Shown piece by piece: positions 24,548 to 37,044 of a stretch of 64,000 nucleotides of DNA; position 1 is the first letter of the stretch; each line of letters opens with the position of its first letter. The notes beneath the pieces are model-generated. The model was given only the letters and a program-made list of their open reading frames with translations. It made no database searches and was not told the DNA's origin. The DNA is from Emiliania huxleyi CCMP1516 (lineage: Eukaryota). The stretch is from positions 594,564 to 658,563 of the forward strand of contig NW_005201092.1 of assembly GCF_000372725.1 (NCBI RefSeq), read 5' to 3'. The translations under genes were made by a program, and so were the position numbers.

Positions 24548-24588
24548 TTCGTAATGAGAGGTGCGGCGTCGGTGCGGCGTCGGTGCGC

Positions 24589-25644
24589 ATGCGGCTCGGC
24601 TTGGCTTTGCTGTGCTGCGCGCTCACTGAGCGCGCCTGCGGTCTGGCGTCGCTGCAGCCGCCGCGGCTGAGCCGCCGCGCGCGCCGTGCCGCCGCGCCGC
24701 TGCTCCGCGAGGTCAACGTCGCGGACCTGCCGCTGCGGCCGCCGATGGCGCCGGCGACGCTCGTGGAGCATGAGCCGGAGGCGGCGGCGGCGGCGGCGGC
24801 GGTGGGGCCGGCGGTGATTGAGGAGGGCGACGACGACGAGGAGGAGGCCGGCTTCGAGGAGGCGAGCGTGGTCGTGCTCGACGAGACGGAGGACGAGCGG
24901 AGAGCGAGAGTCAAGGCTGAGATGGACGCGGCGGTCATCGGCGACGCCAACTCCAAGGTTGTGCGCCGCTCAAGCTCATTAGGACTCATGCTGGCTCTCG
25001 CCCCGTGCGTGGTGAGGCCGCGCCAGTTCGGAGCGAGCCCCGTGCTACGCCTGAACGTCAATCAACAGGCTATCATGATCGCAGGCGCCACGCAGGTCGC
25101 ACCGGAGCTAGATACCGCAGAACCGGGCGCCGTCGTGCCGACCGGCGGCGTGATAACCGAGTCCGCCGCCGTTGTCGTGCCGGCCGCCGCCGCCGTGATC
25201 GAGCCAACCGCCGCTGTGATCGTGCCGACCGGCGGCGTGATCGTGCCGACCGGCGTGATCGAGTTGCCGCCACTATCGAGCCCGGATGAAGCCGCCGTGG
25301 TCGAGCATCCACCGGCCCTCCAGCAGCCGTGGTGGCGCGGCGTGAGCAAGCCGAGCATTTCAGATGCGGTGCGTCGGTACGGCGGCGCCTACCTCGCGTG
25401 CTCCGTCTCGCTGTCGCTCGTGTCCATCTCCCTCTTCTACGCGCTCGTCTCGGCGGGCATCAACGTGGCCGCCCTCTTCAGCGCGGTCGGCATCACTCTC
25501 GCCAGCAAGTACGAGCGGCTCGGCACCTTTGGCCTCGCATACCTCCTTCACAAGGCCGCGTCGCCCGTCCGCTTCCCGCCCACCCTCGCGCTGACCGTCT
25601 TCGCGGCGCGGCACTGGGAGAGGTGGCGGCGAGCGCCGGCGTGA
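24589..25644 (+). CDS. DUF1279/FAM210-like membrane protein with N-terminal signal peptide (possibly plastid-targeted); probable intron ~24958-25068
   Basis: RRYGGAYLACSVSLSLVSISLFYALVSAGINV...GTFGLAYLLHKAASPVRFPPTLALT; leader MRLGLALLCCAL. Confidence 0.8.
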   Translation: MRLGLALLCCALTERACGLASLQPPRLSRRARRAAAPLLREVNVADLPLRPPMAPATLVEHEPEAAAAAAAVGPAVIEEGDDDEEEAGFEEASVVVLDETEDERRARVKAEMDAAVIGDANSKVVRRSSSLGLMLALAPCVVRPRQFGASPVLRLNVNQQAIMIAGATQVAPELDTAEPGAVVPTGGVITESAAVVVPAAAAVIEPTAAVIVPTGGVIVPTGVIELPPLSSPDEAAVVEHPPALQQPWWRGVSKPSISDAVRRYGGAYLACSVSLSLVSISLFYALVSAGINVAALFSAVGITLASKYERLGTFGLAYLLHKAASPVRFPPTLALTVFAARHWERWRRAPA

Positions 25645-25837
25645 GGGCGAGGGGATCGGAGCACTGGCAGGGTCGGTCGCGAGCACGTTGTGGCGTGGGG
25701 TGTGCTTTTCTGGTTTGTGTGTTTGTCTGGTGGAGTCCTGGAGAGCGCGAGAATCTGTGTTGTGACGTCGACGTCTCGTGTCAGAGTCCCGAGTGGCGAG
25801 AGAGAGAGCGCGAAGCGCGCGCGCGCATCCAAGTAAC

Positions 25838-26033
<196 letters not shown>

Positions 26034-26044
26034 CAAGTAGTACC

Positions 26045-27270
26045 GATCCTACAGCCTGTAACCGCCGATCCATGGCACGCGTAGCTATGACAGGGACCGC
26101 GGCCGCGGACCCGGTGGCGGACGGGGCTGGTGCGCAAGCGCCGGCCACCGTCGTGCCGCCGGGGATGCGCAGCGGACGCTGGAATGGCTCCGATCGCGTG
26201 CAACTGGAGGACGCGGTGCGTCGCAGGTCAGGCTGATAAGGCCTGGCTACGCGACCATCGAGATCGACCTGAAGCACGAGAAGGCCGCGGGCGACCGCGC
26301 GTCGGTGCAGGCGGCGGAGCGCTCGTACGTCGAGCGCACCGCGCCAAAGAAGAAGGAGCTCACCAAGGAGCAGCTCGCGGCTCGGGCCGCGGCACGCAAG
26401 GCCAAGAAGGCCCGGCAGAAGGCGCGCCGGGCGAAGGAGGCTGGCGAGCGCGCCGCGAGCGAGGCCGAGCGCGCGGAGGCCCCGCGGGCGCAGCTGCGCG
26501 AGAACATCCAGTACGTGATGGCCGGGCTGCGGACTGCAGCTGCGCAGACGCGCAGCCAGGCCGGGTCCAAAATAGAGGTCGAATATTCGCTGCCCCCGGA
26601 GAGGGACGACGGATATCGGCGCGGCCCCAGCAAGGTGTACGCCAAGGTTCCCCAGGGGACCGTGGCGACGACCGTCGCCTCGGACTGGCTCGCAACCGAG
26701 CTGGCCGAGTATGGAGAGATAGATGCGGCATGCCGCGACAGATTCGTCATGCACCTGATGACGGCCGCCGGCGCCTCGGCGCCGGCCGACGCCGTGTTCA
26801 GGTTCACAGCCGGCGAGGCGATGCAGACCTCTCGCCCGATCTCCGCGTCGGGCGAGGAGGACGACGAGGACACCGGCTCCGAGGAGTATTCCGACGACAG
26901 GGCGTCCGACCGCTAGCTGGCTTCAACCATATCTTACCCTTTCTGCCCCCCCCTCCTCCGACCCCCCAGGCTAGATGGAGTAGTCAGATGTAGATTCTGC
27001 CCCACACAGCCCCTTACCCCTTCACCCTCGCCTCGCTGCTTGGTGTTTCTGAACACGTAGTCGTCCGCGCTGTGGGGGTTGTGTGTGGGTCCTGTGTCTG
27101 GGAGGGAGGGAGTGGGGTGCAGGTTGCTCACCCACGGCACCGGGCCGGTGCTTGCACTTTGAATGCCGTGGGGCTCCTGCCCGTGTCCGGGCGTGGAGAT
27201 GCGAGGGTCGCCCCCCCTTGCCCCACCACTTTGTGTGTGTGGAGACGTTTACCTTACCTTACCTTACCTT
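26045..27270 (+). mobile_element. Candidate (CCTTA)n-tailed retroposon copy containing an unidentified ORF (26305-26916)
   Basis: 27126-27270 matches 6741-6880 in reverse. A weak 7-bp direct repeat TAGTACC (26038-26044, 27270-27276) defines the tentative 5' end. Confidence 0.5.
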
Positions 27271-27337
27271 AGTACCAAGAGAGGCGAGAGCCCCTGCACA
27301 AACGGACAAAGGAACCCCTTTGTGGACGCTTGGGCGT

Positions 27338-27680
27338 AGCCTGCTGGTTTGGGCCCCAAATCAGCCAAATCGGCAAAATACCGGGGTATTTTGCGGGTAT
27401 ACCTGGAAAAACACCGGGTATACCTGGAAAAACACCGGGTATACCTGGAAAATACCCGGGTAGTTTGCCGATTTCCTAAATTTTGCCCGAGATTTTGCCC
27501 CAGACCAGCTCTCAGACTCACAGGGAAACTCGCGAGTTTCCCGAGGGAAACTCGAGAAAAACAGAATGGAGCTCCAAACACCCTCTGGTTTCCCTGGAAA
27601 CTTCTGGAAACGCAAAGTGCTGGGGACCCTCTGGTTTCCCTCTGGGTTGCCGGAAACCCTTGCTTGGACAGGCAGGCCAA
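27338..27680. repeat. Cluster of short direct/inverted repeats (CGGGTATACCTGGAAAA x3; GGGAAAC/GTTTCCC), resembling a transposon subterminal region
   Basis: Directly visible; related motifs at 24280-24325. Confidence 0.6.
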
Positions 27681-27808
27681 GGCACTCCTCCAGCGGGGCT
27701 GACGCCCGGTGCTCGACAGGATTTGGCTTCGGGCGACGCGAACCTGCCCGTGACGCGCGGCGGGGCGAGCGAGGCGGAGGAGGCGCTCGACGAGCTCGAG
27801 GCGGAGAT

Positions 27809-28286
27809 TGGCCTAAGCACAATATTCTCGAATATCTCCGAGAATATAGATGGTCCCGCGCACTTTCGTATTCGAGAATATTCTCGAGAATATAGATGCC
27901 CCGGCGCGGCTTTTTCTCAAGAATCTACGAGATTTCTTCAGCCCTTGACCTTGGTTGACCTCGAGTGTCAAGATATTCTTGAATATTCTCGACGTTACAT
28001 CGCGGCGTCTATAACGGTCTTGACTACAGCTTCTCGAAGCAGCTCTTTTGCCCCCTCAACAGTAGGTTTTGGGTCGATGCAGACGGAAATCTTTAAGTTT
28101 TGGACGTTCCTGAGCGGTTTGGGAGCACAAACCTCTACTTTAGAGCGATTTTTGGCGTCCGCTGACCTCTCGCGTGGGGAAAATATTCTCAATATTCGAG
28201 AATATTCTCGGGAATATAGATGGTCTGGCGAGAATATAAGCAAAAGAATATAGATAGTACTTGGCGAGAAAAGCGTGCTTAGGCTA
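27809..28286. mobile_element. MITE, 478 bp, with 12-bp TIR and 10-bp TSD
   Basis: TGGCCTAAGCAC...GTGCTTAGGCTA (11/12 inverted match); AGGCGGAGAT at 27799-27808 and 28287-28296; many subterminal GAGAATAT/ATATTCTC motifs. Confidence 0.88.
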
Positions 28287-28510
28287 AGGCGGAGATACTC
28301 AGCCAGCTCTCGCCGGCCGGGCTGGCCGGTGGGGGGAGTGATGAGGATACGTAGCACTAGAGGTCACGTTTGACTTAGCCGCTCTTGGCTGTGGCGAAGC
28401 GCGATTCCACCTCTTTCCATAGAGTGAGAGAAGAGAGATTTAAAAAAGAAAACGTGCGCCTGCTGTGTCGGCGGCCGAGTTTGGCAGCCGCTCAGATCTC
28501 TTGCATCACG

Positions 28511-31500
28511 ATGCTGCCGCCTGCTCTGATCTTCTGCTTCGGCCTGCCCGGCAGTGGAGGCGCGGCGACGCCGCCGGGAGCGGTTTTCTCTCAGGCGACG
28601 CACTCAACCTGGGAGAGCTTCCCTTCAGCGGGTCGGTGTACGAGCGATCTCGACGCCTTTGTGTGTCGTGGACCTGCCTCGGACTGCTCCAGACAGCGCT
28701 GCGTTGACTCTTGCGAAGGAGCTCACCCCACCACGACGAACGTCGAGTACCATTGCGATTCCGAGGGATGCTGGTGCTTCTGCCAGTCCGGCTGCGATTG
28801 CCTGCAAAGCGTGGGCGAAAGCAGCACGTGGGCGCCGGTTGGCACGCTTGTTCTTCCGGAGGCATGCCTCCACCTTCGGGGCGACGCGGCACGACGTCGA
28901 CGTCGGCTCGGCAATTCCGATCCACCGCGGTCGCCCCCTCCGCCGCCATCGCCGCCGCTTTTGCCTGGCTTGAGCGTCCAGGTCGACGGCCCGTGCCCGC
29001 TCACCGACGGCGGCGCCTGCGCCACCTCGCCACACTACCTGGACGGTGAGTACGGCCCTGAGGAGCGGTGCGAGTTCACAAATGTGCCGCCGAGCCCACT
29101 GGTCTCCATCGCCTTCGACGCGGAGCCTCACGCCGACTGCGCCTACGACTACCTCGTCGTCAACGGTGTGAAGTACTGCGGCACCTCTGGCCCGTCTGGG
29201 ATCGTGCCGTCGGATGGCAACATCACCTGGAGCTCGGACGGTGGAGTGTCCGCGGCCGGCTGGAAGATCTGCTGGGCCAACGCGCCTCCGCAGATGCCGC
29301 CGCCTCCTAGCCAACCGCCGCCACCGTCACCCCCGCCGCCATCGCCGCATCTGCCTGGTCTGAGCGTCCAGGTCGACGGCCCGTGCCCGCTCACCGACGG
29401 CGGCGCCTGCGCCACCTCGCCAAACTACTCGGACGGTGAGTACGGCCCTGAGGAGCGGTGCGAGTTCACCAATGTGCCGCCGAGCCCGCTGGTCTCCCTC
29501 GCCTTCGACGTGGAGGGAGACGATGACCCTGACTGGGACTACGACGGCAACGGCGACCCCACAGACGACTGCCCCTTCGACTACCTCATCGTCAGCGGCG
29601 TGAAGTACTGCGGCACCTCTGGCCCGACTGGGATCGTGCCGTCGGATGGCAACATCACCTGGGTCTCGGACTATTCGGTGTCCGCGGCCGGCTGGAAGAT
29701 CTGCTGGGCCAACGCGCCGCCGCAGATGCCGCCACCTACGCCGCAACCGCCGGCGCCGCCACAAGAGTGTGTCTGCGCCCCGGAATGGACATCCGACGAC
29801 ACTGAAGAGTGCCAGGAGACGCAGTACGGCTGCGAGACGACCGCGTGTGATGGCGATGGTCGGCCATGGTGCCTTGTGCTGCAAATACCGTGCTCGTACG
29901 CCGACGCAGACTCGGGCGTCAACACTGGCGAAGATGGTGGCGGCTGGATCTACTGCATCGTGCCGTCACCACCGCCACCCCCGCCGTCACCCCCGCCGCC
30001 ATCGCCGCCGCTTCTGCCTGGCCTGCACGTCCAGGTCGTCGGCCCGTGCGCTCTCACCGACGGCGGCGCCTGCGCCACCTCGCCACGCTACCCAGACAAG
30101 TACGGCCCTGACGAGTGGTGCGAGTTCACCAATGTGCCGCCCAACCTGCTGGTCTCCCTCGCCTTCGACGTGGAGGGAGACGATTACCCTTACTACGACT
30201 ATGACGGGAACGGCGACCCCACAGATGACTGCCCCGACTACCTTTTCGTCAGCGGCGTGAAGTACTGCGGCACCTCTGGCCCGACTGGGATCGTGCCGGC
30301 GGATGGCAAGATCACCTGGAGCTCGGACTATGCGACGTCCGCGGCCGGCTGGAAGATCTGCTGGGCCAACACGCCTCCGCAGATGCCGCCACCGTCACCC
30401 CCGCCGCCATCGCCGCCGCTTTTGCCTGGCTTGAGCGTCCAGGTCGACGGCCCGTGCCCGCTCACCGACGGCGGCGCGTGCGCCACCTCGCCGCACTACC
30501 CGGACGGTGAGTACGGCCCTTACGAGTGGTGCGAGTTCACCAATGTGCCGCCCAACCCGTTGGTCTCCCTCGCCTTCGACGTGCAGGGAGACGATACACC
30601 TTACAACGACTACGACGGGAACGGCGACCCGACTGACGACTGCCGCTTCGACTACCTCGTCGTCAGCGGCGTGAAGTACTGCGGCACCTCTGGCCCGACT
30701 GGGATCGTGCCCTCGGATGGCAACATCACCTGGGTCTCGGACAATTCGGTGTCCGCGGCCGGCTGGAAGATCTGCTGGGCCAACGCGCCTCCGCAGATGC
30801 CGCAGCCACCTAGCCAACCGCCGCCGCCACCACCGCCGCCACCGCCGCCACCACCGCCACCGCCGCCACCACCGTCGCCGCCGCCCGCCTCACCGGCGCC
30901 CCTGCTGTGCGCTGCGCTCCACACCTCGTATGTGTCGTGCGAGGGCGCCAATCAGGGCGAGTACTTTGGCGAATTCGATTCACCTGCCGAATGCGTACCC
31001 ACCGCAAACGCGGCGGGCTGCTCGGTGTTCATGTTCGCAACTGCACAACCACAGTGGGGATGCCGCTGCTGCACCAACCCCACTGGCGCAGTGAGCCATT
31101 CCACCTGGAGCCTCTATCACGCTTCAGCGTGCCCGCCGCCACCGCCGTCCCCGCCACATCTGCCTGGCCTGAGCGTCCAGGTCGACGGCCCGTGCCCGCT
31201 CACCGACGGCGGCGCCTGCGCCACAACGCCAAACTACCCGGACGGTGAGTACGGCCCTGATGAGCGGTGCGAGTTCACCAATGTGCCGCCCAACCCGCTG
31301 GTCTCCCTCGCCTTCGACGTGGAGCCTTACGCCGACTGCCGCTTCGACTACCTCGTCGTCAGCGGCGTGAAGTACTGCGGCACCTCTGGCCCGACTGGGA
31401 TCGTGCCGTCGGATGGCAAGATCACCTGGAGCTCGGACTATGCGACGTCCGCGGCCGGCTGGAAGATCTGCTGGGCCAACGCGCCTCCGCAGATGCCGCA

Positions 31501-34500
31501 GCCACCTAGCCAACCGCCGCCGCCACCCGCGCCGCCATCCCCGCCGTCACCGCCGTCATCCCCGCCGCTCCTGCCTGGCTTGAGCGTCCAGGTCGACGGC
31601 CCGTGCCCGCTCACCGACGGCGGCGCCTGCGCCACCTCGCCGCACTACCTGGACGGTGAGTACGGCCCTGATGAGCGGTGCGAGTTCATCAATGTGCCGC
31701 CCAACCCGCTGGTCTCCCTCGCCTTCGACGTGCAGGGAGACGATGACCCTTACTACGACTACGACGGCAACGGCGACCCCACAGACGACTGCCCCTACGA
31801 CTACCTCGTCGTCAACGGCGTGAGGTACTGCGGCACCTCTGGCCCGACTGGGATCGTGCCATCGGATGGCAACATCACCTGGGTCGGCTGGTTCTACGGC
31901 TGGACCGGCTGGAAGATCTGCTGGGCCAACGCGCCGCCGCAGATGCCGCCGCCTCTGCCACCCCGGACGCCACCGCAGCCGCCCTCGCCGCCTCCGCCGC
32001 CCTCGCCGCCTCCGCCGCCCTCGCCGCCATCGTCGCCCTCGCCGCCCTCGCCGCCACCGTCCCCTCCATCACCGCCATCTTCGCCGCCGCTCCCGCCGCT
32101 CACTCCCGCGACCTTTCTCGTCGAGACCGTCGACCAGCTGCGCGAGCGGCTCAAAGACGCCGAGGGCGCTCCCAGCGCCAACGTGTCGCTGCAGCTGCAG
32201 CGCGACGCACTCTTCCTTCTCGGCGGCAGCGAGCTGTCGTGCCGCACCCCAATCGAAGTCTCGATCCGGAGCAGCCCCAGCTCGACCGCCATCATGAACG
32301 CCGAGGGCATGTCGCGCCACTTCCTCGTCTCGGGCGGCTGCCGCCTGACGCTGGAGGGCGACATCACCCTCGTCAACGGTGCCGCGGACGGCGACGGCGG
32401 CTCCCTTCTGATTGAGGACGGCGAGGCGACCCTTCGCGGCGTCACCATCAGCAACTCCTCCGCCGGCGGGGACGGCGGCGGCATCGCCTCCAAGCAGGGC
32501 AGCCGCCTCGGCCTCCAGGCGGTGACCGTCTCGGGCTGCAAAGCGGGAAATAGCGGCGGCGGGCTATTTGCCGAGCTGTCGCAGAGCCTCGTCATCAGGG
32601 GCTCCGCCTTTGAGCGCAACGAGGCTGACAAGGGCGCTGCGATCGAGTACGCCTCCCAGGACACGGACAGCGAGACCGCCCTCATCGTCGGCACCACTTT
32701 CGAGGGCAACGTCGGCGAGACGACCGTCAGCTCGAACGCGCCCATCAGCTGGACCTGCGAGCGCGGGCAGTACATGCCGCGCACGAGCGGCGACGGGGAG
32801 GACGCCTTCTCCGGCGACTTCACCGGCTGCCTGAAGGAGTGCGCCGCCGGCTTCTTCGGGAACGAGACCGACCTGAGCAGCCCCACCTGCAGCGGGCAGT
32901 GCCCTCAAGGCCGCTACTGCGTCGAGGGCACCGCCGACCCGACGCCGTGCCCCCGCGGCACGATGATGCCGGCGCGCGGCGCGGCGAGCGAGGATGCTTG
33001 TCTGCCGTGCGCCCCCGGCCAGTATCAGCCCCTCACAGGCCAGGCGGACTGCCTCGCCTGTCCTCCGGGGAGCTACTCGGCGGCTGTCGGGCAGTCGTCT
33101 TGCGAGCCGTGTCCAAAGGGCGGCTCCTGCAATGAAGTGGGCGCCGCCACGAGCATGGTCTGGGAGCCCTGTCCCGCAGGCAGCTTCAACCCGAACAACG
33201 GCTCCAACTCGAGCGCCGCGTGCGAGCTCTGCCCTGCCGGCACCGCGAGCGCGACGCCGGGAGCGAAGAGCGGCGACACGTGCGCTCCATGCCGGCCAGG
33301 TAGCTTCGCCGCCACGCCTGGCCTCTCCCAGTGCGAGCTCTGTAAGCCCGGCACCACCTCTGGCGCCGGCAGCGTATCGTGCGACGAGTGTACTGCAGGC
33401 ACGTACGCCGCCAACCCTGGCCAGGGGGAATGCACCCTCTGCCCCTATCCCTTGAGTAGTGGGCGCGGCGACGTCACCTGCTCGATCTGCAAAGAGGGCT
33501 TCTACTTGAAGGACTCGAGCGCCAATCCAGACGACATCTTCATAAACCCGACCAAGTACTGCAAGGATTGCCCTTCAAACGCCGACTGCAGCGCCGGCAC
33601 CGCCCTCGCGTCCCTCGGCGTGGACGTCGGCTACTGGCGCGCCTCCACCGCCACCTCGGAGCTCCACCGTTGTGACTCAGAGACGTGCTCTGGTAGCTCC
33701 GGCCAGCCCAGCCGCCGCCGCCTCACCGACGGAGATGACGACCCATACTGCACCGCCGGCCACACCGGCCCGCTCTGCGAGGTCTGCGTCGCGGACTCGG
33801 ACTACTTTAGCTCTGCCGAGGGGCGCTGCGTCGCCTGCCCCTCGACGGCCCGCTCCGCCGGCGTCTTTGTTGGCTTTGTCATCGTCATTGCCGTGCTCGC
33901 CGGCGCCTACGCTGGGCTCCGTCACCTCCCCTTCTCCCGCCGCCTCCGGAAGCAAGCCACCCGCATCGAGTCCGAGGTCGGCCTGCAGCCCAAGTTCAAG
34001 ATCGTCGTCGGCTTCTACCAGGTGAGCAGCATCCTCGGCCTCGTCTACGGCGTCCGCCTCGACGAGCACTTTACGCGCTGGCTCGACGTGCTCAAGCTGT
34101 TCAGCCTGGACCTGTTCGGCGTTGCCATCCCGGGCCGCTGCATCGGAGCCATGAGCACGCGCTTGCTCGTCGCGGGCCTCTGGCCGTACGCCGCCGTCGC
34201 CTTCGTGTCGCTCGCCATCGTGGCGGTGGCGGCGGCACTCAACGTCAAGCAGAAGCAGGCCTGCATATTCGATCGCAATCTCTTTGGCCGCATACTCTAC
34301 TGGGCGATCTTCATCTTCTACCTCGTGCTCCCCTCCGTCTCGCGCTCCATCTTCAGCGCGAGGCTGTGCGAGTCCTTTGGCTACGACGACGCGACGGGCC
34401 AGCGCATCAGCTACCTGCTCGCCGACCCGTCGCGCACGTGCGACGCCGGTCCGACGTGGGACGACGAGACGGGCGGACTCGCGCCGTACTTTTGGGCCTT

Positions 34501-36400
34501 CTTCGCCCTCTGGCCCGTCCTCGTGCCGCTCGGCTTCTTGGCGCTGCTGCTCCGGGTCCGCAAGCCCGTGGCTGCGCAGCGCGCAACGCCGCTCTCCAGC
34601 GCGACGAGCTTCCTCTGGCGGGACTACTCTGCCGGCCTCCTCTTCTGGGAGGTGCTCGACCTGGTCCGCAAGATCTTCCTCACCTCGATGGTGCTCTTCA
34701 TCGACCAGGAGTATGGCTCCAGGAAGCTGCTGCGCACCGTGGTCGCCGCCGTCGTCTCGGCCATGTTTCTCACTCTTCTCGCCCTCGCCCGTCCCTACCG
34801 GCGCTCCGACGACCTTTGCCTCGCGTGCATCGCCAACCTGCTCCTCACATGCTGCTTCGCCTCGGGAGTGGTCATCCAGGTCCGCGCCCCCGCTGAAATT
34901 CCTCGCCGTCCCTCTCTGTCTCCCGTAACCGCGCAACTCACCACACCCGCCGCCCTCGCCACCGCAGCTGTGCGACAGCACCATGTACGAGGACATGTGC
35001 TACAACCTCGTCGGCTACCAGACCTCGCGCGGCGCCAGCACCTTTGCCGTCGTCCTCACCGCGGTCATGCTCGCCGTCTCGCTAGTCGTCATCCTCGTAT
35101 CGGCGGTCAGCGCCGCGAGGGCGAAGACCATGCGGCTCGTCTCGTCGATGCGCGAGCCGATGCGCGACGGCATCACCCTCGCCGACGGTCAGCAGTGGCA
35201 CCTCTTCCTCAGCCACGTCTGGAGCACGGGGCAGGTTTGCCACCCCTTGCCCCACCGCTTAAGGTGCGGATAAACCTGACCTGCCTTCCTCCCGTGTAGG
35301 ACGCCGTCGACGTCATCAAGAATGAGCTCCAGCAGTTCCTGCCCGGCTGCGAGATTTTTCTCGACGTCGACGACCTCAAGAACATCGGAGAGCTGGAGGC
35401 GTACATTGGTCGCTCGCAGGTGGTGCTCTGCTTCCTGTCGCGGGGCTACCTGCGCTCAACGAACTGCTTGCGAGAGATCCGCGCCGCGCTGGAGATGGGC
35501 AAGCCGCTCGTGCTCGTCCACGAGGCAGACCCGGACAAAGGCGGAGGCACGCTCGCCGAGCTGCGATCCGAGTGCCCCGAGGAGCTGCGGGCTGACATCT
35601 TCGACGCCGGCTGGCCGATGGTGGTGTGGCATCGGATCGCGGCCTTCCAGCACGTCTCGCTCAAGGTCATCGCCGAGGCGCTGCTGCTGAAGACGCCAAA
35701 GTACGAGGGCGAGGACGAGCTGCCCCTGTGCATCCCGGGCGAGATCCGAGCCGACGGCCTCGCCTTCCCCAAGCCGGTGATTCTCTGGGCCTCGACTTTG
35801 AATGACGGGGCGCGAGGGCTTGCCGATGCGGTCGCGGCGGCTGTGCCTGATGGCATATCGATCACCGACGCACCGCCCTCGTGCCTCTTCTCGCTGCCTC
35901 GCTCCTCGCGCCCCTCGCGCATCTCCTCGCTGCTCTCTTCGCTACCTCGACGCGCGAGAAGAGAAGGCGGCGGCGAGGCGACGCACATGCTGCTCTACCT
36001 GAAGGAGGCGACCTGGGCCGACAATGGCGCCGAGGCGCTCGCAGAGCAGGTGCGCGCCGCGCGCCGCGCCGAGCTGCCGCTCGTCATGGCGCACGAGAAC
36101 GACGCCGTTCGTGGCGGCTGCATCTTTGCCCACTTTTTTGAGGTGACGCCACGCGATCTGCTCTCCGATGGGCTGTACAACGACCTCGCCGTCGGCTGCC
36201 ACTCGAACCCGCACCGGCAGGTGTCGCTCGCCCTCCTCGCAAAGGCGCTCGGAGCGACCAAGCAGACGGCTCAGTCGCGCGTGCGCCGCGCCACTGTCAC
36301 TCGATCGATGCAGACCCGCGGCTCCTCTTCGAACACGGAGCCGTCGAATGGCGACGACGCTGTGGAAGAGTCAGCGACGCAGGACCGCCAGATGGTCTGA
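28511..36400 (+). CDS. Giant multipass receptor (~2,580 aa): 6 CUB-like repeats, Pro-rich linkers, beta-helix, Cys-rich (ephrin-receptor-like) repeats, ~7 TM segments, tandem TIR-like domains; exons 28511-34879, 34968-35234, 35300-36400
   Basis: CATSPxYP...YGPxExC...DYLxVxGVKYCGTSGP...WxSDxSVSAAGW; GDGGSL/GDGGGI/DKGAAI; CxPCxPGxY repeats; hydrophobic helices with FWEVLDLVRK; HLFLSHVWSTGQDAV...IFLDVDDL...VLCFLSRGYLRSTNCLREIRAA. Both introns are GT-AG and restore the frame. Confidence 0.88.
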
Positions 36401-37044
36401 GGAGAACGCCTTTTGCTGCACAGTAAACCGCACACGCACATACACACGCATGCACGCGCGCACAACACACCACCCGCAGAGCCCCTGCACAAACGAATTG
36501 AGCAACCTTCCCCTGTGTGGAGCTGTGGACGCTTGGGCGTGGATAGGGGTCCGATCTTGGAAAGAACTTAAGGTTACTTTGCGCGGACGAAAAGGGCGAC
36601 GGTTGTCACCTCGTCGGGGTTGTGATCTCGGCATTTGTTACGCCGCGACTTGCGATAACACACTGTCAACTTCTGATCGTTGTGTGTCTCTTATCGTTGT
36701 GTGTCGTTTTCTTTTTCGCGCTGCACCGCTTTTCTCAGATCTCAGAATTTAACACGAGGTTTCGTGACGGGGCCCGAACCCCGCGGGGGCGCGCACACAC
36801 ACAAGCGCAACCACAGACACACACCTCTCATCTCACACGTCGCATGACACGCACTCGCATGGTTTCCCGTCTGGGGCAAAGGGGGGAGGGCACGCAGCAC
36901 CCCTCACAAGTCATCCAGTTGCGCCACGGCCGGCTGGTGCCGTGCGCTGCCTCTCTCACTGGCTGGTGGGACGACGATCGAGCACCAGAGCACAGCCCGT
37001 GCGCCGGCTCACGGACGCAAGGATTACACCACGATCCGCAATCA

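Noticed and set aside
27380..27460. Regularly spaced repeats as a CRISPR array (also 43111-43469 and 55015-55167)
   Set aside because: No unique spacers or cas genes; eukaryotic context.
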